This document shows positions 26,427 to 35,669 of a stretch of 36,483 nt of DNA, in pieces. Each line of letters starts with the position of its first letter. Position 1 is the stretch's first letter. The position numbers were made by a program, and so were the translations under genes. This DNA is from Pseudomonadota bacterium. GTDB lineage: Bacteria > Pseudomonadota > Gammaproteobacteria > Chromatiales > Chromatiaceae. The notes beneath the pieces were generated by a model. It was given only the letters and a program-made list of their open reading frames with translations. It had not been told where the DNA came from and did not search any database. Where the stretch lies: contig JBDLIF010000001.1 in NCBI GenBank assembly GCA_039714955.1, positions 1 through 36,483 on the forward strand. The letters are read 5' to 3'.

Positions 26427-27200
26427 ATGAAACCAAAAACGTCTAGCAAAAAACCCTTGAGTCTCGTTCTGCTTGCCGCCCTGGCGGTAGGAAGCAGCAG
26501 CCTGCTGGCCAGCCCGGACGATGATCGCGGCGGGAGTGACGATGACCATGGCGGAGGTGGCAGCGGCTCCCGCGATGCCCTGACCGCTGATTTCCTTCCC
26601 TACCCACCCACCGCGGGCAAGGGGGATGGTCACTACTTCCCGTTCAGTGGGGGGGATAACACCGCATTAAACGCTGATGTGCGTCTGGCGCTGGAAAAAC
26701 TGGATGAAGACGGCAACACCCTGAAGGTTCTGAACACCCACCTGGGCATCACCACGGACAATTATGGTGACGCGGTAATCACCCTGTTCATCGGTACCGA
26801 TCTGGACGGTGACGGAAGTTGCCTGACGGAAGGCCCTACCTCGATCTGCGTGCTCGAAGGCGGTGGCAGCCATGATCTGGAGGTCAACCCCGACGGCGTC
26901 CTGCATGCCGCCTGGGCCATGGCGTTGCGCGAAGACGATGATGACCTGAAGGGCAGCGGAACCTGCTGGTCCGACTTCGAGAGTACCGAGGTGGTGCCGC
27001 AATTCGATGACGATGGCAACATGACCAGCGTGGTGTTCAATATCGAGGGTGGTGAAGAGGCGATGCCGGAGATCAGTGATGGCGATGGCTGCATGGTCGG
27101 CTTCGGCGCCCCCTGGCTCGAATTCGAGAATGACATCGAGTGCGGAGAAGACGAGACCTGCGAGGTCATCCCCATCATGGGGGGGGAATGGAAGGATTAA
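26427..27200 (+). CDS. Acidic secreted protein (257 aa), unknown function
   Basis: Signal peptide MKPKTSSKKPLSLVLLAALAVGSSSLLA/SP. D/E/G-rich mature protein with several Cys. AAGGA Shine-Dalgarno. Confidence 0.6.
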   Translation: MKPKTSSKKPLSLVLLAALAVGSSSLLASPDDDRGGSDDDHGGGGSGSRDALTADFLPYPPTAGKGDGHYFPFSGGDNTALNADVRLALEKLDEDGNTLKVLNTHLGITTDNYGDAVITLFIGTDLDGDGSCLTEGPTSICVLEGGGSHDLEVNPDGVLHAAWAMALREDDDDLKGSGTCWSDFESTEVVPQFDDDGNMTSVVFNIEGGEEAMPEISDGDGCMVGFGAPWLEFENDIECGEDETCEVIPIMGGEWKD

Positions 27201-27230
27201 TGCGCTTGTGGTCTAGTCAGGCTTAAGAAC

Positions 27231-27269
27231 CGAGTTTTCCCGTGACGGGAACCGTCGCGGGAAAACTCG
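27231..27269. terminator. Bidirectional hairpin terminator between convergent genes
   Basis: cgagttttcccg (27231-27242) / cgggaaaactcg (27258-27269), a 12 bp stem followed by ttt on the plus strand. Confidence 0.6.
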
Positions 27270-27292
27270 TTTGACGCAGTTCAGAGAAAATG

Positions 27293-27727
27293 TCAGTTCT
27301 TCGTTGATCGCTGACTCCTGTCGTCACTCTCCTTCTGTTCGTGGCGACCCTCGTTTGCTCTCTCCTGCCGCCGATAACGGTCGACCACCTTGTCGATGGC
27401 CTGGGTGCGGGTGTGTTTCTGCCGCCAGTTATCCTTATTGTTGCTGTGATCGGCCATGCTGGCGCTGACTACATCCCGTTGTTGTCGGATCGCCTGATCC
27501 AGCTTCTCCAGGAAGGCCCGGTACTCCTGTAACTGGGGCGCACCTATACCCTTTCTCGCGGCAGCGTCAAAGCGCCGCAGATATTCCTGATGATACTGTT
27601 TGAGCTGGTTCAGTTTGGCCTCCTCCTCCTGCAGGGTCTTATGGGACTGCCCCATATGGCGGGCCGCCTTATGTTCCCGCGATTGGGCGAAACGGCGTAC
27701 CGGGGTCAAACGCTTGGATGGTGACAT
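27293..27727 (-). CDS. fliJ: Flagellar export chaperone-like protein FliJ
   Basis: 144 aa, all-helical and charged (LNQLKQYHQEYLRRF). Lies directly downstream of fliI. Confidence 0.8.
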   Translation of the reverse strand: MSPSKRLTPVRRFAQSREHKAARHMGQSHKTLQEEEAKLNQLKQYHQEYLRRFDAAARKGIGAPQLQEYRAFLEKLDQAIRQQRDVVSASMADHSNNKDNWRQKHTRTQAIDKVVDRYRRQERANEGRHEQKESDDRSQRSTKN

Positions 27728-27748
27728 GGGATGCTAGTAACCTCTTTA

Positions 27749-29137
27749 TTAATTGAGGGCGGGTGGGATCGGCAATTCAGGCTCTTCCGGAAACAGGGAC
27801 TCCAACGCTTCCAGGCTCTGCTGGATATTGACCGGCGTCTGCATCGGCTGGCGCAGGAACTGATTCAGGGCCGGCATGGCGGAGATGGCCATATCGATCT
27901 GTTGATCGCTCCCCTGCTCGTAGGCCCCGACACTGATCAGATCCCGGTTCTGCTGATAGAGCGAATAGAGATGCTTGAATGAGCGGGCCGCCTCCTGGTG
28001 GCCATGGCTGGTGATATCGTTCATGGCCCGGCTGATGGAGGCCTCGATGTCTATCGCGGGATAGTGACCGGTATCGGCCAGCTGGCGGGAGAGCAGGATA
28101 TGACCGTCCAGTATCGCCCTGGCCGCATCGGCAATGGGATCGTTCTGATCATCACCCTCCGCGAGCACCGTATAGAAGGCCGTGATGGACCCACCCCCCT
28201 TGTCCCCATTCCCCGCCCGCTCCACCAGCTGGGGAAGTTTGGCGAACACCGAGGGGGGATAGCCCTTGGTCGCCGGCGGCTCATGGATCGCCAGGGCGAT
28301 CTCGCGCTGTGCCTGTGCATAGCGGGTGAGCGAATCCATCAGCAACAACACCTGCTTGCCCTGATCACGAAAATGCTCGGCGATACTGGTGGCCAGCATG
28401 GCGCCATGTAGACGACGCAGCGGTGGATTATCCGCCGGCACCGCCACCACCACGGCACGTTTCAAGCCCTCCTTGCCCAGGATCTTCTCGACGAACTCCT
28501 TTACCTCGCGTCCCCGTTCGCCAATCAGCCCCACCACGGTAACATCCGCATTGGTGTATTTGGTCATCATGCCAAGCAGCACGCTCTTGCCGACACCGGA
28601 GCCGGCGAACAGACCCAGCCGCTGCCCACTGCCAACACTCAGCAGGGCATTGATGGCCCGCACACCTACATCGAGGGGTTCTCGGATTGGCATACGCGCC
28701 AGCGGATTAAAGGTCCGGCCGGATAGGGGACGACTCTCGTCCGCGTGAATCGGACCCAGTCCATCCAGTGGCCTGCCGGCCCCGTCGATCACCCGCCCCA
28801 ACAGCTGATCTCCTACCACTGCTTCACAGACCCTTCCCGTGGGGATCACCCTGGCGCCCTGCTCCAGGCCATGGATGTCGCCGGTGGGCATGAGATAGAG
28901 ACTCTCTTCGCCAAATCCCACCACCTCGGCCTCTATCCGGGTGCCATTGCTGTTGACCACATTACATCGGCCACCAATCGCCGCACGGCAACCGATCGCC
29001 TCCAGCGTCAGACCCACCATGCGGGTCAGGCGTCCCTCAACGACCAGCCCCCGGCTGTTCCCCAGACGCTGCCTGTATTCACTCAGCCGGTTGGCCCAGA
29101 TGGCCTGCCGCTCTTTTGCTTGTATCGTGGATTTCAT
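27749..29137 (-). CDS. fliI: Flagellum-specific ATPase FliI
   Basis: F1/T3SS ATPase fold. Walker [18 protein letters not shown], Walker [11 protein letters not shown]. Confidence 0.95.
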   Translation of the reverse strand: MKSTIQAKERQAIWANRLSEYRQRLGNSRGLVVEGRLTRMVGLTLEAIGCRAAIGGRCNVVNSNGTRIEAEVVGFGEESLYLMPTGDIHGLEQGARVIPTGRVCEAVVGDQLLGRVIDGAGRPLDGLGPIHADESRPLSGRTFNPLARMPIREPLDVGVRAINALLSVGSGQRLGLFAGSGVGKSVLLGMMTKYTNADVTVVGLIGERGREVKEFVEKILGKEGLKRAVVVAVPADNPPLRRLHGAMLATSIAEHFRDQGKQVLLLMDSLTRYAQAQREIALAIHEPPATKGYPPSVFAKLPQLVERAGNGDKGGGSITAFYTVLAEGDDQNDPIADAARAILDGHILLSRQLADTGHYPAIDIEASISRAMNDITSHGHQEAARSFKHLYSLYQQNRDLISVGAYEQGSDQQIDMAISAMPALNQFLRQPMQTPVNIQQSLEALESLFPEEPELPIPPALN

Positions 29138-29143
29138 CCAGAC

Positions 29144-29833
29144 CTATTCCTGTTCTTCATCCACTGTGCGTGCTCCAGCCAACAAAGGCGCGATCAGACT
29201 GGCCAGACGTGAATCCAGCGTGGCATCGATCTGGGAGCTGTCGGACACTACCCTGCATCCCCCCCGATTGATAACCGGATCCTCCACCAGAGACCATCCC
29301 ACTTCAGCCTCACCCAGGGCATAGATCTCTCTGATCAGTCCCGCATCCTCTGGATGTGTTAGCAGCCGCACGTTGCGTGAGGAGACCGGTAGAATGGAGA
29401 GGGCTTCGCGCACCACACCGATGATCAGGTTCGGATCACTCTTCACCTCGCGCCGCACCAGCTGGCGGACAATCGCGATAACCAGACTCAGCAGCTCCTT
29501 TTCAACCTGGTTGTCGAGTTCCCTTAAGGGTTCGGAAAAGCTGGCTAGAAGCTCATCCAACTGGCTCACATAGCCCTGCAGCTCTTTTCGCGCCTGCGCC
29601 TTTCCCTCTTTGTGACCGAATTCGAATCCCTCCTGCTTACCCTTTTTGAAACCTTCATCGTAGGCCTGCTGGTGAATCGCTTCGAGTTCAGCCGCGGTTG
29701 GGGGTGTTTTTGGTAATGGTGAATCTTTGACGAGTACCGCGGATTTTTTCCCCCCACCCATATCCGGTGGGAGCCACTGGCGTACCTCAGATGTCTGTTG
29801 ACCGGAATCAAACTTAGACGAACTCATCCCCAC
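29144..29833 (-). CDS. fliH: Flagellar assembly protein FliH
   Basis: 229 aa with a charged N-terminal half and a FliH/YscL-like C-terminal half. Lies between fliG and fliI. Confidence 0.8.
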   Translation of the reverse strand: MGMSSSKFDSGQQTSEVRQWLPPDMGGGKKSAVLVKDSPLPKTPPTAAELEAIHQQAYDEGFKKGKQEGFEFGHKEGKAQARKELQGYVSQLDELLASFSEPLRELDNQVEKELLSLVIAIVRQLVRREVKSDPNLIIGVVREALSILPVSSRNVRLLTHPEDAGLIREIYALGEAEVGWSLVEDPVINRGGCRVVSDSSQIDATLDSRLASLIAPLLAGARTVDEEQE

Positions 29834-30875
29834 TGCCCCCTAACATGATCTCACCAGCGTCCGCCAGGCGGCGCGCCACCTGCAGGATCTCTTTTTGTGA
29901 TCCTTCCACATCGCTGAGCTTGGCCGGAGCCGCCGCTTCCAGATCATCCTTGAGCATTTCAGCGGCACGCTTGGACATATTCTTGAAGATCTTCTCCTTG
30001 AGTACCTCATCCGCGCCGCGCAGGGCCAGCAGAAGCTGTTCCGTGGCCACTTCACGCAGCAGGGTCTGGATGCCTCGGTCATCCACATCGACCAGGTTAT
30101 CGAAGACAAACATATTGTCCTGCAACTCCTGTCCCAGGTCGTTGTCGGCCTCGAGTATCTCCTCCATCACCTTGTTTTCCACTGCGCCATCAAGCAGGTT
30201 GAGGATTTCAGCAGCGGTCTTCACTCCACCCAGAATGGACGACTTAACATTGGTGGCGCCGGAAAACTGCTTTTCCAGGATCTCGTCCAACTCCTTCAGG
30301 GCGGCGGGCTGGATACCGTCAAGGGTGGCGATCCGCATTACCACATCGGTGCGCACCCGTTCGGCAAACTGGCTGAGAACCTGCGCGGCCTGATCCGCCT
30401 CCAGGAAGGAGAGCACGATGGCAATGATCTGCGGGTGCTCGAGCCGGATCAGCTCCGCAATGGCCCGTGGGTCCATCCACTTGAGCTGCTCCAGCCCCTT
30501 ACTGTTCCGCCCCAGTAGAATCCGATCGATCACCCCACCCGCCTTGTCTTCGCCCAGGGCGTTGGTGAGCATGTTGCGGATATATTCATCGGAACCAAGA
30601 CCCAGGGCAGTCTGCGTCTCCAGGGTTGCCACAAAGTGACGCATCACGGCTTCCATCTGGTCGGTAGTGACATCGGTGAGACTGGCCATCGCCATGCCGA
30701 CATCCTGTACCTCCTTGGGACCCATGTGCCTGAGCAGTTCCGCGGCATCCTTCTCTCCCAGCGCCAGCAACAGGATCGAGGCACGCTGCACGCCGCCGAT
30801 CTTGGTGACGACCGCGGTCTCTTCCGCGCTGACCTGAGTTGGCGTGGCGAGCTCTTTATCCGGCATCTTCAGCAA
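29814..30875 (-). CDS. fliG: Flagellar motor switch protein FliG
   Basis: KIGGVQRASILLLALGEKDAAELLRHM, EHPQIIAIVLSFLE and MFVFDNLVDVDDRGIQTLLREV motifs. The likely true start is ATG 30866 (MPDKEL). Confidence 0.95.
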   Translation of the reverse strand: MLKMPDKELATPTQVSAEETAVVTKIGGVQRASILLLALGEKDAAELLRHMGPKEVQDVGMAMASLTDVTTDQMEAVMRHFVATLETQTALGLGSDEYIRNMLTNALGEDKAGGVIDRILLGRNSKGLEQLKWMDPRAIAELIRLEHPQIIAIVLSFLEADQAAQVLSQFAERVRTDVVMRIATLDGIQPAALKELDEILEKQFSGATNVKSSILGGVKTAAEILNLLDGAVENKVMEEILEADNDLGQELQDNMFVFDNLVDVDDRGIQTLLREVATEQLLLALRGADEVLKEKIFKNMSKRAAEMLKDDLEAAAPAKLSDVEGSQKEILQVARRLADAGEIMLGGSGDEFV

Positions 30876-32532
30876 CCCACTTCTTCACTACCTGGGCGAC
30901 ACGCTTAGGGTCTTCGGCGATCATGTTACGTGCCGCGTCCAGGGTCTTCTCGTAACTGCCCGGTCCGGGCAGATGGATGGCCTCTTCCCCTTCCAGACCC
31001 AGCCCCGTTCCACCCGTGGCGGCCAGTTCCCCTTCCAAACCGGCTTGGCCGGCCGCACCGGTACTGGCAATCTCACCTCCCCTCTCAGCCTTGACCAGGA
31101 CCTGCTTGGTCAGTCTGTGCATGGTCGGTTTGAGCACACCGAAGATCAATAGCAGCACCAGCAGCACGCCTCCGACCTGTCTGACCAGATCCCAAAACCA
31201 GGCCTCTTCCCAAAAGGCCAGCTCTGGCGGTGGCTCCAGCGGCTCCGGAATAAAGAAGGATTCGTTGATAACCCGCACACTGTCACCTCGAGCCAGACTG
31301 AAGCCCACCGCCTCCTTGACCAGATTGGAGATCCGATCGATCTCCTCCGGGGTACGTTGGATCGTCTGCTCGTTTCCCTGTGCATCCTTTATCAACCGGT
31401 CATTCACCACCACGGCGACCGAAAGCCGCCGCAGGGTGCTGCTGGGCAGTCGGGTATGGCTGATGGTTTTGTCCAACTCGAAGTTACGGGTCGCCCTTTT
31501 GTTGCTGTTGAGGGGTGTGCCCGTCTCCTCTCCCGCATCTCCTCCCGCCTGTTCCGGCGCAGTCCCCGCGGCTGGTGGCTGATTGGTCAGCGCTCCAGGC
31601 ACTCCCTGCACCTCGCTCAGGCGACTCTGCTGCTCGCTGATCTGCTCGGAACGTAATGCGGAGATATCAGGATTGAAATTCTCCCTGGTCTGCTCGGTCA
31701 AGGTGAAATCGACCTCCGCGGTCACCTCGGCACGCAGGTTTTCCTCCCCCAACAAGGGGGCCAGGATATCTTCTACCCGCCGTTTGAAATGATCTTCGAG
31801 CTCTCTGGTGTATTCGAACTGGCTGCTGGTCAGGTTCATCTGTTCAGAGTCATCCTTGCGGCTCAGCAGACGCCCCTTATGGTCGATGACGGTAACCTTG
31901 GAGACATCCAGTTCCGGGACACTGGCAGCCACCAGATGGGTGATAGCATCCACCTGGCCTTTCTCGAGGTTACGCCCTGAATAGAGCTTCACCACCACGG
32001 ATGCACTGGGCACCTTGCGTTTACGAATGAACACCGACTGTTTGGGCGTAGCCAGGTGAACCCGGGCCGACTCCACGTTCGCCAGGGTCATGATCGAGCG
32101 TGCCAGTTCCCCCTCCATGGCCCGTTGATAGCGGGCGTTCTCAACCAGGCGACTGGTGCCGAGGCCCGCCTCTTGCTGCAGCAGTTCGAAGCCTAAGGAG
32201 TCGCTGTGCGGCAATCCCTGGCCGGCAAGGTTCATCCGCGCCTCCTGCAGATCGGCGCTCGGTACCATGACGGCGCCCGTGGACTGATCCACCCGGTAGT
32301 CAATCCCCGCCTGCTGCAAGGCTTGGGCAATCTCCATGGCATCCTGCTGGGCCAGATTGCCGAATAGCAGACTGTAGCTTGGTGTCTGCGACCAGAGCAC
32401 CACCGCGACACCGATCGCCACACTCGCGGCGATCCCCACCATCACCGCAATCTGCCTGAAGATGGGGTTGTCCTGCAGACGCTGATCGACCTCTAACGCC
32501 TTGCCTGTCTCGTTTGTCGTTGCAATCGCCAT
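30856..32532 (-). CDS. fliF: Flagellar M-ring protein FliF
   Basis: 558 aa with an N-terminal TM, YscJ/FliF ring domains (LAGQGLP...LELLQQ, ELARSI) and a second TM near the C-terminus. Confidence 0.95.
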   Translation of the reverse strand: MAIATTNETGKALEVDQRLQDNPIFRQIAVMVGIAASVAIGVAVVLWSQTPSYSLLFGNLAQQDAMEIAQALQQAGIDYRVDQSTGAVMVPSADLQEARMNLAGQGLPHSDSLGFELLQQEAGLGTSRLVENARYQRAMEGELARSIMTLANVESARVHLATPKQSVFIRKRKVPSASVVVKLYSGRNLEKGQVDAITHLVAASVPELDVSKVTVIDHKGRLLSRKDDSEQMNLTSSQFEYTRELEDHFKRRVEDILAPLLGEENLRAEVTAEVDFTLTEQTRENFNPDISALRSEQISEQQSRLSEVQGVPGALTNQPPAAGTAPEQAGGDAGEETGTPLNSNKRATRNFELDKTISHTRLPSSTLRRLSVAVVVNDRLIKDAQGNEQTIQRTPEEIDRISNLVKEAVGFSLARGDSVRVINESFFIPEPLEPPPELAFWEEAWFWDLVRQVGGVLLVLLLIFGVLKPTMHRLTKQVLVKAERGGEIASTGAAGQAGLEGELAATGGTGLGLEGEEAIHLPGPGSYEKTLDAARNMIAEDPKRVAQVVKKWVAEDAG

Positions 32533-32604
32533 GACCTACCTATTTAACTGCTTTGTCACAGAGACACATCGTGGCCCTGGATTTGTTGAGATCGATAACT
32601 CCAC

Positions 32605-32922
32605 TTAGATCGGCATGTTCATCACATCCTTATAGGCTTCCACCAGCTTGTTTCTAACCTGGACCATGGCGTCAAAAGAGAGGCTCGATTTCTGCACCGC
32701 GACCATGACCTGGGCCAGATCCACATCCCCCTGTCCGGTTTCAAATGCGCTGGTCAGCACCTTCGCCTGCTGCTGGGTTTCATTGACCTTGTCGACGGAC
32801 TGTTTGAGCAGATCTCCGAAGCTCGCTTCGCTGGATTCTGGTGTTGTCGGGGTCTTGTTTTCGGCCTGTGCGGCCATCACCCGCATCTGGGCGAGGACCT
32901 GGTTGATATCCATGTTGCTCAT
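32605..32922 (-). CDS. fliE: Flagellar hook-basal body complex protein FliE
   Basis: 105 aa with [19 protein letters not shown]...[39 protein letters not shown] Shine-Dalgarno. Confidence 0.9.
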   Translation of the reverse strand: MSNMDINQVLAQMRVMAAQAENKTPTTPESSEASFGDLLKQSVDKVNETQQQAKVLTSAFETGQGDVDLAQVMVAVQKSSLSFDAMVQVRNKLVEAYKDVMNMPI

Positions 32923-32960
32923 TGCTTGCTCCCGCTATTGAGATCGTTGCCAGTTATTCC

Positions 32961-32976
32961 TGCAGAATCCGTACCA
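32961..32976 (-). promoter_or_regulatory. Sigma54 promoter of fliE(FGHIJ)
   Basis: The minus strand reads TGGTACGGATTCTGCA (10/12 consensus positions), lying between the fleR stop and the fliE ATG. Confidence 0.65.
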
Positions 32977-32981
32977 TGTGA

Positions 32982-34322
32982 TTACCCTGGTAACGAGACC
33001 CCTGCCTCGCGCATGCGGGCGATCTTGTAACGCAACGTACGCTCGCTGATCCCCAGCCGATCAGCCACGCTTTTACGGCTTCCCCTTGCATTCAGGGCGT
33101 CGAGAATCAACTGCTCCTCCACCGACCTGAGGTCTTCGGGGAGACGGCCCGCCGTGGTTGTTGAAGATGGGGTCAAGGTCGGGAGATCCACTGGCTGTTG
33201 TGCTTCAAAACAGAGGGATTCGACTCCAATCTCATCCCCTTCGCGCATTATCAGGGCCCGTTGCATCAGGTTATCCAACTCCCGTACATTGCCAGGCCAG
33301 GAATGCGCCATCAGCTGCTCTATCACTGCCTGATTGAATTTGGCTGGCATCTCCCCCTGAGTCAAATACTGCTGTACGAGATGCCTGGCCAGGGGCAGTA
33401 TGTCCCGCTTACGCTCGCGCAGTGGCGGCAGTGTGATGGGGAATACATTCAGCCGATAAAAGAGATCCTCGCGAAACCGGCCCGCCGCCACCTCTTCCCG
33501 CAGGTTACGGTTGGTGGTGGCCAGGACCCTCACATCCAGCTCGATCAGTTTACGTCCTCCCAGACGTTCCAACTCACGTTCCTGCAGTACTCGCAGTAAC
33601 TTAGCCTGCAGCGGCAGGCTCATCTCCGAAATCTCATCCAACAGCAGGGTGCCAGCTTGAGCCTGCTCGAATTTACCAGGTGCCGACTGGTAGGCCCCGG
33701 TGAAGGCCCCCTTTTCATAACCAAACAGCACGGCCTCCAGCATATTCTCCGGTATTGCGGCGCAGTTGATCGCCACAAAGGGACCCTCTTGTCTGGCTGA
33801 ATGCTGATGTATATAGCGGGCAAAGACCTCCTTACCCGTGCCACTCTCCCCATTCAATATGACGGTTGCTTCGCTCCGAGCCACCCTTCGGGCCAGTTCC
33901 AGCACCTCCCGGCTGCGCGGATCTTCCACCACCGGCCCCATGACAGGCCCATCATTGGTGGGCAATATGCTGCCTGCCACCTTGTTGATCAGGACTTCCG
34001 CCTCGAAGGGTTTGACCAGATAGTCGACAGCACCGTCATGGATGGCCTTCACCGCCTTTTCGATCGTGCCATAGGCGGTCATCAGCAGCACCGGCAGATT
34101 CGGATAGGCCTTTTTGATCCGCCGTAGCAAACTGTGACCATCCATCGGGCGCATCTGTACATCACTCACCACCATGCCAACCTTTTCCCGCTCCAGGACC
34201 TCCAGGGCCGCCATTCCCTCCTCAGTCGCTTTGACCGGATAGCCGGCCAGTTCCAGCGTGTCGCTGAGCGCCTCGCGCAGGGCCGGGTCATCTTCAACAA
34301 TCAGTACCGTCGCAAGACTCAT
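32982..34322 (-). CDS. fleR: Sigma54-dependent flagellar response regulator FleR/FlrC
   Basis: Receiver domain (LIVEDDPALREAL), AAA+ domain (GESGTGKE, GAFTGA), HTH (VADRLGISERTLRYKIARM). The start is set at ATG 34322, which overlaps the fleS stop as ATGA. The ORF track extends spuriously to 34451. Confidence 0.85.
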   Translation of the reverse strand: MSLATVLIVEDDPALREALSDTLELAGYPVKATEEGMAALEVLEREKVGMVVSDVQMRPMDGHSLLRRIKKAYPNLPVLLMTAYGTIEKAVKAIHDGAVDYLVKPFEAEVLINKVAGSILPTNDGPVMGPVVEDPRSREVLELARRVARSEATVILNGESGTGKEVFARYIHQHSARQEGPFVAINCAAIPENMLEAVLFGYEKGAFTGAYQSAPGKFEQAQAGTLLLDEISEMSLPLQAKLLRVLQERELERLGGRKLIELDVRVLATTNRNLREEVAAGRFREDLFYRLNVFPITLPPLRERKRDILPLARHLVQQYLTQGEMPAKFNQAVIEQLMAHSWPGNVRELDNLMQRALIMREGDEIGVESLCFEAQQPVDLPTLTPSSTTTAGRLPEDLRSVEEQLILDALNARGSRKSVADRLGISERTLRYKIARMREAGVSLPG

Positions 34323-35551
34323 GACAGACTCCTTGATTGATAATAGGGAGGTGGGGTGGTGGCTCCTGAGGCATGCAGGGGAGCGCTCGAGAAATTGCTT
34401 GTCGTTGCAAGCGGAAACAACAGATCGAAGGCCGCACCGCCAGTTTCGCACTCCGCGAGTTGTATCTCGGCATGATGACTCAGCATCAGGTTCTGCACTA
34501 TCGCAAGACCAAGTCCAGTGCCACCGTTGCGGGTCGTGAAAAAGGGCTCGAATATCTGACTCCGGTATTCCGCCGGGATACCCGCACCATCGTCCGCAAA
34601 CCTCAGCTGAACCTGTTTGCCCACTGAAATGCTGATGCGGATCCGCCGGGCGCCGTGTTGCAGGGCATTGTCAGTTAGATTACCAAGTACCCCCAGCAGG
34701 GCGTCTCGATGCCCCTGAACTGTTGCTCCATGCGGCACCCCGGGTTCCAGATTTAGGGTTGCAGCGGACTGCTGCAGTTGCGCTGTTATGCTGTCAGCGA
34801 ACTCCACCACCAGGTCAGAGATGGATATCAGTCCCTCTCCTAGGTTGGCGCCACGGGCAAACATCAGGATGTCGCTGATCTGCCCCTCCATGTGTTGTAA
34901 TCGGTTGCGTAACTTTAGGGTAAATTTCTCTCGTTGCTCCGGGCTCAGATCATGCTTGGCAAGATGTGAGGTATAGAGCAGCGCGGAACTCAGTGGAGTA
35001 CGCATCTGGTGGGCCAGCTGGGCGGACATCTCCCCCATTGCCCCGAGCCGTTCCTGACGATGCAGACGTTCCTGCAACCTGCGCGTCTCCGTCACATCCA
35101 ACATCACCAGGATACGGCCTGGGGCCTGTGCCAGTCGGCTGCTGGAGATGCTCAGGATCTTTCCATTGAGGAGTTGGAGTTCGTTGTCTGCCGGGTTGCC
35201 GGGCAGAGAATGCCTGGCCAGCAGTTGCTGCCACTTATCCCCCAGGGAAATGGAATCCAGCAGATCGAGTGCCGCGGGATTAAACTCTTTTACCCAGCCA
35301 TCTCCATCCAGCAGAATCACGGCCGCCGGCAGGGTCTCAAGCAAACGCTCCAGCCGATCAGCCAGTCGTTCCTTATCCGCCAGTTGCAGCATGCGTTCAT
35401 TGCGGGCCGCGGCAAGTTCCTGACTCAGTTCCAGGACTTGAAGTTGCAGCTGTTGGTAGGAACCACTCAATTGTTCCGAAAGTTGATTGAACAGATTAAA
35501 CGCTGTCTCCAATGACTGCCTGCGTTCAGATGTGGCCTGTTGAGTCGTCAC
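34319..35551 (-). CDS. fleS: Flagellar sensor histidine kinase FleS/FlrB
   Basis: Coiled-coil and PAS-like N-terminus, H-box (GEMSAQLAHQMRTPL), ATPase motifs (DDGAGIP, GGTGLGLAIV). I prefer GTG 35551, which has an AGGAGA Shine-Dalgarno 9 nt upstream. The ORF-track start at 35590 coincides with the predicted transcription start. Confidence 0.85.
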   Translation of the reverse strand: MTTQQATSERRQSLETAFNLFNQLSEQLSGSYQQLQLQVLELSQELAAARNERMLQLADKERLADRLERLLETLPAAVILLDGDGWVKEFNPAALDLLDSISLGDKWQQLLARHSLPGNPADNELQLLNGKILSISSSRLAQAPGRILVMLDVTETRRLQERLHRQERLGAMGEMSAQLAHQMRTPLSSALLYTSHLAKHDLSPEQREKFTLKLRNRLQHMEGQISDILMFARGANLGEGLISISDLVVEFADSITAQLQQSAATLNLEPGVPHGATVQGHRDALLGVLGNLTDNALQHGARRIRISISVGKQVQLRFADDGAGIPAEYRSQIFEPFFTTRNGGTGLGLAIVQNLMLSHHAEIQLAECETGGAAFDLLFPLATTSNFSSAPLHASGATTPPPYYQSRSLS

Positions 35552-35600
35552 GGCACTTTGTCTCCTGAAATAGTGTGTGCTATGTGTCACACAAAACCAG

Positions 35601-35616
35601 AGCGAAATCCGTGCCA
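35601..35616 (-). promoter_or_regulatory. Sigma54 promoter of fleSR
   Basis: The minus strand reads TGGCACGGATTTCGCT (11/12 consensus positions), preceded by a very AT-rich tract. Confidence 0.7.
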
Positions 35617-35669
35617 GTTTTATTTTTTATTGTTTTTCAGCTTGTTATCTAATATATTTTATTTTTTCG

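Noticed and set aside
34323-34451. N-terminal 43 aa extension of fleR given by the longest ORF
   Set aside because: It overlaps the 3' end of fleS. The receiver domain begins right after the internal ATG, which forms an ATGA coupling with the fleS stop.
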